Shown here one piece after another: positions 40,923 to 51,979 of a stretch of 52,538 nt of DNA. Made by a program: the position numbers and the translations under genes. The stretch is from NCBI GenBank assembly GCA_046582655.1, contig JAYGDX010000098.1, positions 1 through 52,538 of the forward strand, given 5' to 3'. The notes below the pieces were generated by a model. That model saw only the letters and a program-made list of their open reading frames with translations, did not search any database and was not told the origin of the DNA. How positions within the stretch are numbered: the first letter of the stretch is position 1; every line of letters starts with the position of its first letter. This DNA comes from Candidatus Poribacteria bacterium. Its GTDB lineage: Bacteria; Poribacteria; WGA-4E; UBA9662.

Positions 40923-43249
40923 TACACTGTTGCACCATAACCCATTTCCACCAGTGGCAAGACAAATTGAAAATTACTACCACGTCCTCCTTCACCGTCG
41001 TCAACCCAAATCCGACCGCCATGCACTTCAACAATACTTTTCGCTATAGATAGTCCAAGTCCTGTTCCTCCCTGCTGTCGCGTATGGATATCATCATGCT
41101 GATAAAATTTTTCGAAAACTTTTTGACGATTCTCAATTGGAACTCCAAAACCGTCGTCAATAACCTCGACATGAATAATTTTACCATCACTTTTTAACTT
41201 CACAACAACACGCCCTTTTTCAGGTGTAAATTTAATGGCGTTTCCCATGAGGTTAATTAGTACCTGTCCAATTCTCTCCCCATCTCCGTAGGTTAATGGC
41301 AATGAATCGGGAGCAATCAAGCTAAATTGAAGCGATTTTTCATCCGCTTGCGGTTTAATTTCATCAAACCGTTGCTTGATAATTTCCAAAACGGAGGTTG
41401 GTTCTCTCTTCATCTCTATGCGACCAGCCTCAATACGTGAAATATCAAGCAGATCATTAATGAGTGCCGCAAGTCGTTTTGACTGTCGATACACACGCAT
41501 TAGGCTATCACGCTGTTTCTCATTAATTGTCCCAGCTTTCCCATCTAGAATAAAGGAGACAAAACCAATAATTGAGGTTAGAGGTGTTCTTAACTCGTGA
41601 GAAACCAAAGAAATAAAGTCGGATTTCATTTGATCTATTTCTTTGTCACGCGTAATATCTTGAAATAGGTAAACAGTACCCAAAACATCACCAACTTCGT
41701 CAAGAAAAGCAGTGGCAATCACTCGTAATATCGTCTTACCATCCTTCTTATGGGTTATGGTTACTTCGGAAGTCGCAACCTGGTTGTTAGCAATCAAGTC
41801 TTTATTTTCTCTGAAAATCTTCGTTAGCTGGTCGTCCTCAATGATTTGGGTTAACTCTTTTTCTGAACTTCTCGCATCAATGTCTAAAATATATTCTGCT
41901 GCCGGATTGATGTGCAATATATGATTTTCACTATCTACTAGGATCAACCCTTCAGCGAGGCCATTTACAACAGCGGTCATCTTTTTCTCTTCTGCCATCA
42001 ATTTTCCAACAGCACTCTTAAGATTTTGTCTCATGGCATTGAATTCTGCCGCTAGGATTCCAACCTCATCATTGGTTGTAATTGGTATTTCCTGGTCGAA
42101 TTCACCATGACCTATGGCACGAGCAGCAACTGCAACCCGCATAATTGGGGTAACAATCCTCTGAGAAAAAATTAAGGCTATCGGAATAATTACAATACAT
42201 ATTACCAGTGTGAACATTAATATTTGTTTGGTTAGTATTGTAATCCCACTAAAGGCAATGGAAGCCGGCAGAGAAACTAAAACTGTCCATTTTTCAAAAT
42301 TCCGGCCCCCCAGAGCATCTGGTAATAGACGGCTGCCCTCCCACGTTCGTGTACGAGCCCAGCCGTAAACTTTTTTTTCTCCCTTTATTCTTTCATTAGT
42401 TTCCAGATCGCTAATTTGTTCAGTTTCTTCTTCCATTTCATAACCATAATACTCATCGTTTCCCTTAGCCGCATTAATGGCTTTCATAGCAGCATGACTC
42501 ATTTCAATGTCATCTCCAAAATTATAGTTACTCTCACGAGACGCGGAGACCACCTTGCCAGTTTTATCAATAATCGCTACTTGAATGTCACTTTCAACTT
42601 CATCCTCGGGACCAATTTTCTCAACAAGAACCGATAATTCTGGCAAGGTTATTTTCGCCTGTAATATACCAACAATCTGACTCTTTGAATCTCGAATGGG
42701 CAAGGCGATAGAAAGGAAATGAAGATGGTTTTCCTGATCATACTGGACATCCCCAATCCGATCATATCCATAACTATTGTTATAAGCCTCAGCCCACCAA
42801 TCATCGGAAATATTTTGCAGGTACAAACTTGAATTAGAGGCCTGAATTACCTGTCGATGCAGATTTGTGATAATAATTTCACTGCTGGGCCCAGCATAAC
42901 CTTCAAGTTGCCTAATGTCATCCTTTAGTTCATTATTGATTTGGAGCAAAACAACCGTTAATGGCAGTTCTGACGAGTTGCTACCATTTGCCTGTGAAAC
43001 AGCAGAAGCAATAGACTCTATATAGGACTCGATACTGCTTAGGCGGGCCAAAAGGGATCTATCTGCTTGGACAAGTTTTTCCTTCGCAATTTGCCCAAGA
43101 TTTTCACCAATTGTATTTTCAAGAGCACTAACACCATAGTAATAAGCAAGAAGAGAAACAATAATTAACGGTATAAGTGAGATGAGGAGAAAGAGGAACA
43201 CAAACTGTCCGCGTAGCCCCGCTTTCGCACGCAAACGTTGAAAGATCAT
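40922..43249 (-). CDS. membrane sensor histidine kinase (Cache-like, HAMP, PAS, HisKA, HATPase)
   Basis: Two TM segments around a periplasmic domain, HAMP (DEVG.LA..FN.M), SHELRTPLTSI, NAIKF, DDG.G and GTGLGL. Confidence 0.93.
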   Translation of the reverse strand: MIFQRLRAKAGLRGQFVFLFLLISLIPLIIVSLLAYYYGVSALENTIGENLGQIAKEKLVQADRSLLARLSSIESYIESIASAVSQANGSNSSELPLTVVLLQINNELKDDIRQLEGYAGPSSEIIITNLHRQVIQASNSSLYLQNISDDWWAEAYNNSYGYDRIGDVQYDQENHLHFLSIALPIRDSKSQIVGILQAKITLPELSVLVEKIGPEDEVESDIQVAIIDKTGKVVSASRESNYNFGDDIEMSHAAMKAINAAKGNDEYYGYEMEEETEQISDLETNERIKGEKKVYGWARTRTWEGSRLLPDALGGRNFEKWTVLVSLPASIAFSGITILTKQILMFTLVICIVIIPIALIFSQRIVTPIMRVAVAARAIGHGEFDQEIPITTNDEVGILAAEFNAMRQNLKSAVGKLMAEEKKMTAVVNGLAEGLILVDSENHILHINPAAEYILDIDARSSEKELTQIIEDDQLTKIFRENKDLIANNQVATSEVTITHKKDGKTILRVIATAFLDEVGDVLGTVYLFQDITRDKEIDQMKSDFISLVSHELRTPLTSIIGFVSFILDGKAGTINEKQRDSLMRVYRQSKRLAALINDLLDISRIEAGRIEMKREPTSVLEIIKQRFDEIKPQADEKSLQFSLIAPDSLPLTYGDGERIGQVLINLMGNAIKFTPEKGRVVVKLKSDGKIIHVEVIDDGFGVPIENRQKVFEKFYQHDDIHTRQQGGTGLGLSIAKSIVEVHGGRIWVDDGEGGRGSNFQFVLPLVEMGYGATV

Positions 43250-43251
43250 GA

Positions 43252-43587
43252 TCAGTTAAACGCTTTTATAGCTGTATCCTCGTCACTGTAAACTTCTAAA
43301 ACCGAGTCAAGTCGCGTCACTTTCAGCACGTTCATTACCGACTTCTGAGGATTCAATAAAACCATCTTGCCATCAGTCTTCCTCAATTTTTGTAGAGTCG
43401 CGACAATCGCGCTTAACGCGGAACTATCAAGAAGGGGAACTTCCGTTAAGTCTAAAATCAATTTCGTGCCAGTTGGCCCAAGCTGTAAATCTATTTCATT
43501 TTTCAGGGAAACAGCACTGTTCCCAATTATTTTGCCTTTAACTCTCAGAATTGGAATATTGTTGATACTCACAGCTGTTTCAAACAT
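43252..43587 (-). CDS. STAS-domain anti-anti-sigma factor (RsbV-like)
   Basis: LILDLTEVPLLDSSAL with the phospho-acceptor Ser, and L.VTRLD. Confidence 0.88.
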   Translation of the reverse strand: MFETAVSINNIPILRVKGKIIGNSAVSLKNEIDLQLGPTGTKLILDLTEVPLLDSSALSAIVATLQKLRKTDGKMVLLNPQKSVMNVLKVTRLDSVLEVYSDEDTAIKAFN

Positions 43588-43598
43588 TGCCTAACTCC

Positions 43599-44261
43599 TC
43601 AATTCTGTTTAATCATCACATACATACGATTTAGCGATGGGATGTCATTTCTGATGACGGATTGAATTTTGGCATTTACCGATTTTAGTTTTGTTGCTGC
43701 CAAGTGAATCTCATCTTGCGCGTTCCCAGATTTAAATGCCACCCAAGTCCCATCAGGTTTTAATAGCGGCAAACAATAGTCAACTGAATCTTCAAGAGAA
43801 GCGATATATCGTGTCAATACTAGGTCATAATTTTTTCGATATTGATTTTGCTTTATGATTTCTTCTGCGCGGAGATTGATTATTTTTGTATTCTCTAGTT
43901 TTAACCGTGTTTTCAAAAACTTTAAAAAACTTGTTTTTTTCGAAATAGATTCAACCAACGTTAAATCAAGGCTGGGCATTAGAATCTTAATAGGTATTCC
44001 GGGAAATCCAGCGCCAGAACCAACATCAACGACTAAATCGTTTTCCTGCACAATAAAATAATTGAGTACATCGACTGAGTCGAGGAAATGTTTCATGATT
44101 ACTTCGTGATCATCCCGAATCGACGTCAGGTTAATTTTTGTGTTCCAGAGTTTTAAATCTGCCCAATAGGTTGTAAACAAACTGATCTGAGAACTTGTCA
44201 GCGAAAAACCATATTGCTTAAAAACCTTACTAAGCAATGACTTAAATCTCTCAGTGTCCAT
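43599..44261 (-). CDS. rsmG: 16S rRNA m7G527 methyltransferase
   Basis: WN.KINLTSI, KHFLDS, DVGSGAGFPGIP and RAEE motifs. Follows mnmG. Confidence 0.95.
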   Translation of the reverse strand: MDTERFKSLLSKVFKQYGFSLTSSQISLFTTYWADLKLWNTKINLTSIRDDHEVIMKHFLDSVDVLNYFIVQENDLVVDVGSGAGFPGIPIKILMPSLDLTLVESISKKTSFLKFLKTRLKLENTKIINLRAEEIIKQNQYRKNYDLVLTRYIASLEDSVDYCLPLLKPDGTWVAFKSGNAQDEIHLAATKLKSVNAKIQSVIRNDIPSLNRMYVMIKQN

Positions 44262-44274
44262 TTAAAACTGGAAT

Positions 44275-46155
44275 TCACCGGTTGGATCTTGTTCTGGATT
44301 TGAGTACAACCATTAGAATTGAAATATCTGCTGGCGTTACACCTGGAATTCGTGAGGCATGTCCAATTGATATCGGTTGAATCTTGCAAAATTTCAGTTG
44401 CGCTTCGGTCTTGAGCCCATTAATTGCCTTGAAATCCAAGTCCTTTGGAATCGGCATGTTCTCCAACTTTTTGAATTTCTCAATTTGTAGATCCTGCCGT
44501 TTGATGTAACCTTCATACTTAATTTGAATTTCAACTTGTTCTTCGACCAACTCGGATAGTGGTTGATCTGGCGGCATAAACTGTCGAATTTGACTATAAC
44601 GAATTTCTGGACGTTTGATCAAATCAGACAACGTCGTTGGCTCCTTGATTTCAGGGAGTCTAATCTGCTTTAACCGATAAAGTGTGCCAGCTTCCGGTTT
44701 TACCTTGGTTTCAGCCAACCGGTCCAGTTCTTGTAAAACCATCTTGCGCTTCAGCAAAAAACGGTTGTATACAGAGTCTTTGACAAGTCCCAATTGATGT
44801 CCAATTTCCGTTAATCGTAGATCAGCATTATCCTCACGAAGTTGCAAACGATACTCTGCACGTGAGGTAAACATGCGATACGGTTCACGAATATCTTTCG
44901 TGACAAGATCATCAATCAATACGCCAATATAAGCGTTAGAGCGTTTGAGTACAAAAGGATCTTTGCCATGGATTTTTAATGCGGCATTTATACCGGCCAC
45001 TACCCCTTGTGCTGCAGCTTCTTCGTAACCAGTTGTTCCATTCAATTGGCCTGCAAAGTAAAGATTGGCTACACGTTTCGTTTCTAGTGTTGGATAAAGT
45101 TGAGTTGCTGGTGCGAAATCATACTCCACCGCATACCCAAATCGCATAATTTCCGCACCTTCCAGACCTTTGATACTCCTAACCATATCAGTTTGAACAT
45201 CTTCCGGCAAACTTGATGAAATGCCGTTCAGGTAGATCTCGTTTGTATCACGGCCTTCAGGTTCCACAAAAATATTATGCCGATCTTTATCTGCAAATCG
45301 GGTTATCTTGTCTTCAATTGAAGGACAGTAGCGCGGACCAATGCCAGATATACGTCCGCTATACATGGCAGATCTATCTAAGTTTTGACGAATGATCTCA
45401 TGCGTTACTGAGTTGGTGGAGGTCACAAAACACGGTATTTGACCTTGTTCAATTCGGTCATTAGAAAATGAGAACGGACGAGGGTTTTCATCACCAAGCT
45501 GAATCTGCATCACCTTAAAATTAACCGTTTGGGCATTCACTCGTGGTGGTGTACCCGTTTTCAACCGACCGATTTCAAAGCCAAGAGATAGAAAGCTATC
45601 AGATAGTTTTTCAGCCGATGACTCGCCCGCACGACCAGCGCTGTAGGAAACATCACCAACGTGTACGGTTCCTCTCAAGAATGTTCCGGTTGTTAATATT
45701 ACCATTTCTGCGAGATACGCAGTTTTAGTATGCGATAAGACACCAACACATTTCCCGTTTTCAGTTAACAATTCTTCAACTAGAACTTGCTTGACATCTA
45801 GATTCTCCTGTTTCTCAAGAATCTCCTTCATGTAATTCTGATAGTTTTTTTTGTCTGCTTGTGCTCGGCTTGATCTAACAGCAGGCCCTTTGCTGGTGTT
45901 AAGTTGGCGAAACTGAATTCCAGTCTGATCAATAGCTTTAGCCATTTCACCGCCAAGTGCGTCAATTTCTTTCACCAAATGCCCCTTTCCCTGACCGCCA
46001 ATTGCAGGATTGCAAGACATTTTTCCAATAGTGTCCAAATTAATCGTCATAACAGCCGCTTGGCACCCCATCCGTGCTGCGGCAAGGGCCGCCTCACATC
46101 CAGCGTGTCCAGCACCAACCACTAAAACATCGTATTTTTTATGATAGTTTCTCAT
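44275..46155 (-). CDS. mnmG: tRNA uridine-5-carboxymethylaminomethyl modification enzyme
   Basis: [37 protein letters not shown] and [17 protein letters not shown] motifs. Confidence 0.97.
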   Translation of the reverse strand: MRNYHKKYDVLVVGAGHAGCEAALAAARMGCQAAVMTINLDTIGKMSCNPAIGGQGKGHLVKEIDALGGEMAKAIDQTGIQFRQLNTSKGPAVRSSRAQADKKNYQNYMKEILEKQENLDVKQVLVEELLTENGKCVGVLSHTKTAYLAEMVILTTGTFLRGTVHVGDVSYSAGRAGESSAEKLSDSFLSLGFEIGRLKTGTPPRVNAQTVNFKVMQIQLGDENPRPFSFSNDRIEQGQIPCFVTSTNSVTHEIIRQNLDRSAMYSGRISGIGPRYCPSIEDKITRFADKDRHNIFVEPEGRDTNEIYLNGISSSLPEDVQTDMVRSIKGLEGAEIMRFGYAVEYDFAPATQLYPTLETKRVANLYFAGQLNGTTGYEEAAAQGVVAGINAALKIHGKDPFVLKRSNAYIGVLIDDLVTKDIREPYRMFTSRAEYRLQLREDNADLRLTEIGHQLGLVKDSVYNRFLLKRKMVLQELDRLAETKVKPEAGTLYRLKQIRLPEIKEPTTLSDLIKRPEIRYSQIRQFMPPDQPLSELVEEQVEIQIKYEGYIKRQDLQIEKFKKLENMPIPKDLDFKAINGLKTEAQLKFCKIQPISIGHASRIPGVTPADISILMVVLKSRTRSNR

Positions 46156-46162
46156 TGTGAAT

Positions 46163-46765
46163 CTACAAATTAATTTTTCTCCGACCTTCTATTGCTCGAC
46201 TGATTGTTTGGTCATCAATGTACTCAAGATCCCCACCAACCGGAATGCCGTAGGCAATGCGAGTTACATCAACATCAAAATTATCTAATTGTTTCGCCAA
46301 ATACAGCGCTGTAGCTTGTCCTTCAGTGGTATAATTAGTAGCGATGATGACCTCTCCGATATTTTTCTCACCCACCCGATCAAGCAGAGAACCAATTCGG
46401 AGATCACGCGGCCCTATTCCATCAAGCGGCGACAAAGCACCCATTAGCACATGATAAACTCCTTTGTACTGCCGCGTTCGTTCGATAGCAAGTAAATCAT
46501 CTGCTTCTTCAATCACACAAACTATTTGATGACTCCGGTTAGGATTAGTACATATCATACACGGATCCTGATCTGTAATGCTCCCACAAATTGTACAGTA
46601 CTTGAGCTTTGTTTTAACTTCTGAAATTGATTTTGAAACCTTTGCAGCTTCTTCCTCCGACATTTTCAGGATTGAGAAAGCAAGACGCTGCGCAGTTTTA
46701 GGCCCGATTGTTGGCAATTTTTGTAATTGTTTAACTAAATCCTCCAAAGGCTTAGGGTATATCAT
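46163..46765 (-). CDS. recR: recombination mediator RecR
   Basis: [14 protein letters not shown]4 zinc finger and [17 protein letters not shown]. Confidence 0.97.
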   Translation of the reverse strand: MIYPKPLEDLVKQLQKLPTIGPKTAQRLAFSILKMSEEEAAKVSKSISEVKTKLKYCTICGSITDQDPCMICTNPNRSHQIVCVIEEADDLLAIERTRQYKGVYHVLMGALSPLDGIGPRDLRIGSLLDRVGEKNIGEVIIATNYTTEGQATALYLAKQLDNFDVDVTRIAYGIPVGGDLEYIDDQTISRAIEGRRKINL

Positions 46766-47074
46766 CTACATCATTCCAGGGATCTTGATACCTCCAGTAA
46801 GCTTACTCATTTCATCACCCATCAGTTCCTGAGCCTTATTGCGCGCTTCGTTCACCGCAGCCAAAATTAGATCTTCAAGCATTTCAACGTCGTTCGGGTC
46901 AACAACATCAGGCGAAATTGTAATCGATACTAATTCCTGTTGTCCGTTTGCAACTGCGGTTACCATACCCCCTCCAACTGTTGTTTCAACAGTTCTACTG
47001 GCAAGGTCTTCCTGAATTTCAAGCATCCGTTTTTGCATCTTCTGGGCTTGTTTCATTAAGTTATTCATATTCAT
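46766..47074 (-). CDS. ybaB: YbaB/EbfC nucleoid-associated protein
   Basis: [13 protein letters not shown] and [14 protein letters not shown] motifs. Lies between dnaX and recR. Confidence 0.95.
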   Translation of the reverse strand: MNMNNLMKQAQKMQKRMLEIQEDLASRTVETTVGGGMVTAVANGQQELVSITISPDVVDPNDVEMLEDLILAAVNEARNKAQELMGDEMSKLTGGIKIPGMM

Positions 47075-47093
47075 TATAATGATCCTCCTAGTT

Positions 47094-48926
47094 TTAATTT
47101 GGTTCGATCTTTATGATCTTAGCATCAAGCATCCGAAGAATTGAAGATAATTTTGGATCACTATTTGCTTCATGCATCAACATCACGGGTGTTTTGTCGT
47201 TTTGCTTTTGTGATGGATTCCGCTTTATTGTGCGGCTGTTCTGAGGTGGATCTGTATACTCCTCAGGTTGAGATTCGCGTTGTTTGGGATCGACGCGAAC
47301 CAGTTGAACCTGCGGACGAATCCCAAACAATGACTCGAGTATATCTGATATCTCCAATTTGTCATTGTCATTCACCATTTTAATAGTTACTGGACGTTCA
47401 CAGGCAATCTTAAAGACATTTTGGTTCTCTTCTGATACATCAGCTGCTAAAATTTTTGTTTCACGTAAATGCGCATAAAGTGATCGCTTTTTCTGTTTCA
47501 GAATTTCCAGTACTTCCTCCCAGCCCCTTTCCCGATCAACTTGGTCGTTAATTGAAAAACGCTGTTCTCCCTGATTCGTGTCTGATTTTACTTCAACAGC
47601 AACTACCTCTTCCAATTCATCGCTAACTTCATCTGACAAACCGGTTGTCAACGTATTTTTGGACAAATCTATCCCCGATATGTTCTCATCAGCACTATAG
47701 TGAGTAGCTTTATCCATGTTTTTACTGGCTGTGTCAGGCCGAATGCCATCCTGACTTTCAAGCTTATCGATTTTATCTTCGATTTCTGTAAGATGTTTCA
47801 GCAACCGATCTAGCTGAATGCCGCCTCGAACTTGACAAACATCGATCAGAGCCGATTCAATATGAATTCGGGCAAATCCATGTTGTTTTATTGCGCTGTT
47901 GGTATGAATCCAAATCTTAATAATACGGGAAAGCCGGTCAGCCGAAACCTGCTTGACTTTTTGCTGCATCAATTCAATTTCAGATTGTGACCTCATGATA
48001 AGATTCCCAAGATTTGAGTCAATACAAAGACGCCGTAGATCCCCGAAATACCGGATCAATTGGTTGACACACTGGACCAAGTCAGTACCTTGCTGTGCCA
48101 AGTTAGACAATGATTGGAGAGCTAGAGCAAGATTTCCACTCAAAATTGCATCGTTCAGTTCAACAATTAAGTGAACAGAACCGAGGTTAAGGATTTGAGT
48201 AATTTGCTCTAGATCCAGTTCCTTGCCGGTAGACGAGATCAGTCGTTCCAAAATATTTTGCGCATCCCGTAAGCACCCTTCAGATTGTTGGGATATTAGC
48301 GAAAGTCCTTCGTCACTAATATGAATCTCTTCAGCTTGGCAAATCTGGCGTAGCCGATCTGCTATCTGCAATTGTTCCATATACCGAAAATCGAAATCTT
48401 GGCAACGGGATATTATTGTTTGCGGGATTTTATGGTGCTCGGTGGTGGCTAAGATGAATATGACATGAGGTGGCGGTTCTTCAAGCGTTTTTAACAACGC
48501 GTTGAATGCCTCAGGAGTAAGCATATGCGCTTCATCAATGATGTAAATCTTGTATGGGGAGGAAGCAGGTGTTAATCTGGCACTCTCGCGTAATTCGCGG
48601 ATTGGATCAATACCTCGATTGGATGCAGCATCCATTTCAATGACGTCAACAGATCTACCACTGTATATTTCGTTGCATGATTGGCAATTATTGCACGGTT
48701 CAGCCGAGGACGTATGGTCTTCGGGTTTCTGTTGGCAATTGACCGCTTTGGCCAAAATGCGTGCGACAGTTGTTTTTCCGGTCCCTCTAGGTCCCCAGAA
48801 AAGATACGCATGCCCAATCCGACCAGACCACACTTGGTTCCTCAACGTTGTGGTAATATGTGTTTGAGAAACAACGTCATTAAATGATTGAGGACGCCAC
48901 TTCTGTGCTAGCACCTCATAAGACAT
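47094..48926 (-). CDS. dnaX: DNA polymerase III subunit gamma/tau
   Basis: [41 protein letters not shown] and SRC motifs. Confidence 0.96.
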   Translation of the reverse strand: MSYEVLAQKWRPQSFNDVVSQTHITTTLRNQVWSGRIGHAYLFWGPRGTGKTTVARILAKAVNCQQKPEDHTSSAEPCNNCQSCNEIYSGRSVDVIEMDAASNRGIDPIRELRESARLTPASSPYKIYIIDEAHMLTPEAFNALLKTLEEPPPHVIFILATTEHHKIPQTIISRCQDFDFRYMEQLQIADRLRQICQAEEIHISDEGLSLISQQSEGCLRDAQNILERLISSTGKELDLEQITQILNLGSVHLIVELNDAILSGNLALALQSLSNLAQQGTDLVQCVNQLIRYFGDLRRLCIDSNLGNLIMRSQSEIELMQQKVKQVSADRLSRIIKIWIHTNSAIKQHGFARIHIESALIDVCQVRGGIQLDRLLKHLTEIEDKIDKLESQDGIRPDTASKNMDKATHYSADENISGIDLSKNTLTTGLSDEVSDELEEVVAVEVKSDTNQGEQRFSINDQVDRERGWEEVLEILKQKKRSLYAHLRETKILAADVSEENQNVFKIACERPVTIKMVNDNDKLEISDILESLFGIRPQVQLVRVDPKQRESQPEEYTDPPQNSRTIKRNPSQKQNDKTPVMLMHEANSDPKLSSILRMLDAKIIKIEPN

Positions 48927-48945
48927 AAACACATCTCTCACTTTT

Positions 48946-48975
48946 CTCGAGAATCTACGTCTCGAGAATCTACGT
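48946..48975. repeat. perfect 15-bp tandem duplication (CTCGAGAATCTACGT x2)
   Basis: Read directly at 48946-48960 and 48961-48975, in the dnaX leader. Confidence 0.95.
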
Positions 48976-49022
48976 ATTGGGAAGGAAAACCTAGGAAAGA
49001 TTTAAGTGAAACAAAAAATTCT

Positions 49023-49293
49023 GGTTATGCACCCATAGCTTGACAAGGTCTCCCAAGCGTTACTCAAGCAGCTTGCTCCAATCAGGCTACCCTGCGTCAC
49101 ACTCTCAGATTATCTACCGCTGCTTCCTTCCGGATCTGACGGGGTTTGATAACTTCAAGTTGCTCAGGACCCAACCTTCATCACCACTTACTTGAGTCAG
49201 TCCTTAACAGAACCAAGCCTCACAACAGGAATTCAGCCCTGCTATAGCGGATTGCAGGTACAAGGCACCGCTACCTCCCCACTTAGCATAACC
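49023..49293 (-). ncRNA. ffs: long (Alu-containing) bacterial SRP RNA
   Basis: S-domain GTCAGATCCGGAAGGAAGCAGC. 5' Alu-like GGGGAGGTAGCGGTGCCTTGTACCTGCAATCCGC. Ends pair (GGTTATGC/GCATAACC). ~271 nt, upstream of dnaX. Confidence 0.93.
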
Positions 49294-49313
49294 AAGTCCA
49301 AATTCCATAAAAA

Positions 49314-49403
49314 TGGCGGAGAGAGTGGGATTCGAACCCACGGTACGCTTTCACGCACACATGATTTCCAGTCATGCCGATTCAACCACTCTCGCATCTC
49401 TCC
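49314..49403 (-). tRNA. tRNA-Ser(GGA)
   Basis: Cloverleaf with anticodon arm CATGA-CTGGAAA-TCATG, long variable arm and encoded CCA. Confidence 0.95.
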
Positions 49404-49416
49404 AGTCATGGAGTCA

Positions 49417-49489
49417 TGGAGCAGACGGGACTTGAACCCGTGGCCTCATCCGTGCGAGGGATGCGCTCTCCCATCTGAGCTACTGCCCC
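49417..49489 (-). tRNA. tRNA-Ala(CGC)
   Basis: Anticodon arm CATCC-CTCGCAC-GGATG, G3:U70 acceptor pair. CCA not encoded. Confidence 0.92.
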
Positions 49490-49550
49490 AAAATTTAGAA
49501 GTATAAGCTTATTCAAGAATTAAATCGGAAACTATGCACAAACACCCTAA

Positions 49551-49618
<68 letters not shown>

Positions 49619-49640
<22 letters not shown>

Positions 49641-50098
49641 GAGATCTGCTGTCTGCGCTTACCAAAAAATGACTTCAATAACCTGCTGCTTTCTTCGGCC
49701 AAAACACCTGATCTAACCTCAACCTGATGGTTTAGCCGACGATCGTTTAGGAGCCCAAAGAGCGAATCAACTGCGCCTGCCTTTGAATCAGCAGCACCAT
49801 AGACAATTCGCGGAATACGACTTGCCAAAATTGCACCAGCACACATTGGACATGGTTCCAAGGTAACATAAAGTGTTGTATCAATTAAACGCCAATCACC
49901 AGTAACCATTGAGGCTCGTTGGATCACCAAAATCTCTGCATGTGCCGTCGGATCTTTGGATTGTTGCCGTGTATTATATGCACGCGCAGTGGCTATGTCA
50001 TTTTTAACAACAATTGCCCCGACCGGAACCTCTCCCGCCTGTGCAGCACGACGTGCTAAACTTAACGCTTCCCGCATCCAAAACCAATCACATTTCAC
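49619..50098 (-). CDS. tadA: tRNA adenosine(34) deaminase
   Basis: GEVPVGA, DPTAHAEI, TLEPCPMCAGA and L..FF motifs. Confidence 0.95.
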
Positions 50099-50110
50099 AA
50101 CACAAAAATA

Positions 50111-50184
50111 AGCGCCGGAGAGGATTCGAACCTCCGGCCTTCTGATCCGTAGTCAGATGCTCTAATCCGCTGAGCTACCGGCGC
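50111..50184 (-). tRNA. tRNA-Arg(ACG)
   Basis: Anticodon arm TCTGA-CTACGGA-TCAGA, acceptor GCGCCGG/CCGGCGC. CCA not encoded. Confidence 0.93.
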
Positions 50185-50195
50185 ATCATAAAAAA

Positions 50196-50285
50196 TGGCG
50201 GAGAGGATGGGATTCGAACCCATGATGGCTGTTAAGCCATAACTGCTTAGCAGGCAGCCCGATTCAACCACTCTCGCACCTCTCC
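50196..50285 (-). tRNA. tRNA-Ser(GCT)
   Basis: Anticodon arm GCTGC-CTGCTAA-GCAGT, long variable arm and encoded CCA. Confidence 0.95.
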
Positions 50286-50303
50286 GTCAACATGCCTTGT
50301 CAA

Positions 50304-50391
50304 TGGCGGTAGGGGTGGGATTCGAACCCACGGTGACTCTCGCCACAACGGTTTTCAAGACCGCCACAATCGTCCACTCTGTCACCCTACC
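50304..50391 (-). tRNA. tRNA-Ser(TGA)
   Basis: Anticodon arm GCGGT-CTTGAAA-ACCGT, long variable arm and encoded CCA. Confidence 0.95.
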
Positions 50392-50405
50392 CGGCGAGTC
50401 GGCCT

Positions 50406-50435
50406 ATTTTAACAAGGAATGCTAATTTTTGTCAA
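50406..50435 (-). promoter_or_regulatory. sigma70-type promoter of the tRNA/ffs/dnaX run
   Basis: TTGACA-18 nt-TAAAAT with an extended -10 TG, followed by a GC-rich discriminator 14 nt before tRNA-Ser(TGA). Confidence 0.75.
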
Positions 50436-51014
50436 TATCAAAATCCTTAAACAGAAGACTAATTCACAATCACAATTTTGAAGATGAAGGAAATTCAGCA
50501 TACATGCACTTTATATGCCACGTGGATAAGACTAGCTCAAAAACATTGAGGACAGTCTTAGTTGAAATTTTTCCATTGTTTGACAATCTCCATAGCCATT
50601 ATTCAATTACTATACTTCTGTGAATATTCAACACTGATTTACGATAACAGTGCATGGATTTGCTATCAAAAAAGGTTGCCGGTTGCATGTAAGTTAGTCC
50701 TTCAAAGTGCCAGAAAGTAAGGTATCGAAGAAGAATTATGGCCATTTCGGTGCTATATTTAGCCAAAACTCTGACGAGGTGAAAAAGTACTATGAGACGC
50801 ATAGTCGATTACTGGTAGTAACATATAGTCTGTCATACACCAGAAACCAAATTTTGTGACTCGTTGCGAAGCTAATCCAAACAACGAAACCGAGTCAGCA
50901 AAAAAGTCATGCAATATACAAACGCTACAATGATAATCGATCAAGACACCCGAGTCGTGTTTAGGAACTGATGCCAACTCGATAGTGTTCCATTTGAATC
51001 ATAGCAGTTGTGCT

Positions 51015-51779
51015 TTAAAGCGAGAGAATCCCACCTTCGACTAACATAGGAGCTCCCGTCATATACTTAGACTCATCAGACGCCAAGTAAACCGCTGCCC
51101 AAGCTATATCTTCAGAAGTACCGATACCCAACGGATGCATATCTTCTATTTCTTTCTTGACAGCGTCTCCGTCTTCCTGTTGATCTAAAAACTCCTGAAG
51201 TAATTCTGTCTCGATAGTACCAGGACATAGACTGTTAACTCGAATATTCTCTGACGCATACCGTACTGCCATACTGCGTGACAAGTGGACAACAGCAGCT
51301 TTGGATGACGTGTATGCAGGATGCATAGGGAAACCAACGTAAGCAGATTCACTAGCCATATTAATAATTGATCCACCACCGACCTGGCGCATGTTTGGAA
51401 TCACGGCTCGTGATACTAAATATATGCTTTTAACATTAACTGCATACTGATGATCCCATTCCTCTTCGCTGATCTCTTCGATCTCACCGACGACTACAAT
51501 TCCTGCGTTATTAAACAGAACGCTAGGTCTTCCCAAGTTTGAGGTGGTTTGACCTACAGCTTGTTGGATCTGGTCAGCGCTTGTCACATCACATCGACAG
51601 AAAAGCGCTCGGCCATTATTTGCTATAATGTTATCTACAACAGTGTGACCGCGTTCTTCCAGCACATCCCAGACAGCGACAGCTGCACCTTCCTGCGCAA
51701 AAATCTCAGCACTTTTGGCACCGATCCCCCGTGAAGCCCCGGTGATAATTGCCACTTTGCTTTTCAATCGATCTGCCAC
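51015..51779 (-). CDS. SDR family oxidoreductase
   Basis: TGASRGIG, NNAG, YTSSK and RVNSLCPG motifs. SD AAGGAG before GTG. Confidence 0.92.
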   Translation of the reverse strand: MADRLKSKVAIITGASRGIGAKSAEIFAQEGAAVAVWDVLEERGHTVVDNIIANNGRALFCRCDVTSADQIQQAVGQTTSNLGRPSVLFNNAGIVVVGEIEEISEEEWDHQYAVNVKSIYLVSRAVIPNMRQVGGGSIINMASESAYVGFPMHPAYTSSKAAVVHLSRSMAVRYASENIRVNSLCPGTIETELLQEFLDQQEDGDAVKKEIEDMHPLGIGTSEDIAWAAVYLASDESKYMTGAPMLVEGGILSL

Positions 51780-51979
51780 AATTTTCTCCTTTGTGTTTAT
51801 ATCAACTATTATAATTTGATCAATCTCTTACCCCATATTATTTGCTGGCAGTTTTCCATTTACCAGTTCTTCTTTTAGTTCCCTCCGCGCATCAGGAACT
51901 CCTAATTCTTCTTAAATCAGCAGCAGCATTATTACGAGGAAGATGCAATTTACACCCAAAAACTAAGTGATGATCAAGG

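Noticed and set aside
47485..47500. Programmed -1 frameshift in dnaX (gamma/tau)
   Set aside because: The best candidate is G_AAA_AAG, not the E. coli A_AAA_AAG heptamer, and I see no clear stimulatory hairpin.
585..48887. Numerous 60-130 aa ORFs antisense to or nested within long genes
   Set aside because: These are shadows of well-supported genes with no independent motifs.
50440..51010. Short ORFs (50429-50623, 50599-50802, 50759-50977) in the gap upstream of the tRNA promoter
   Set aside because: No motifs or consistent frame. It may be a heavily eroded gene, but I cannot support a call.
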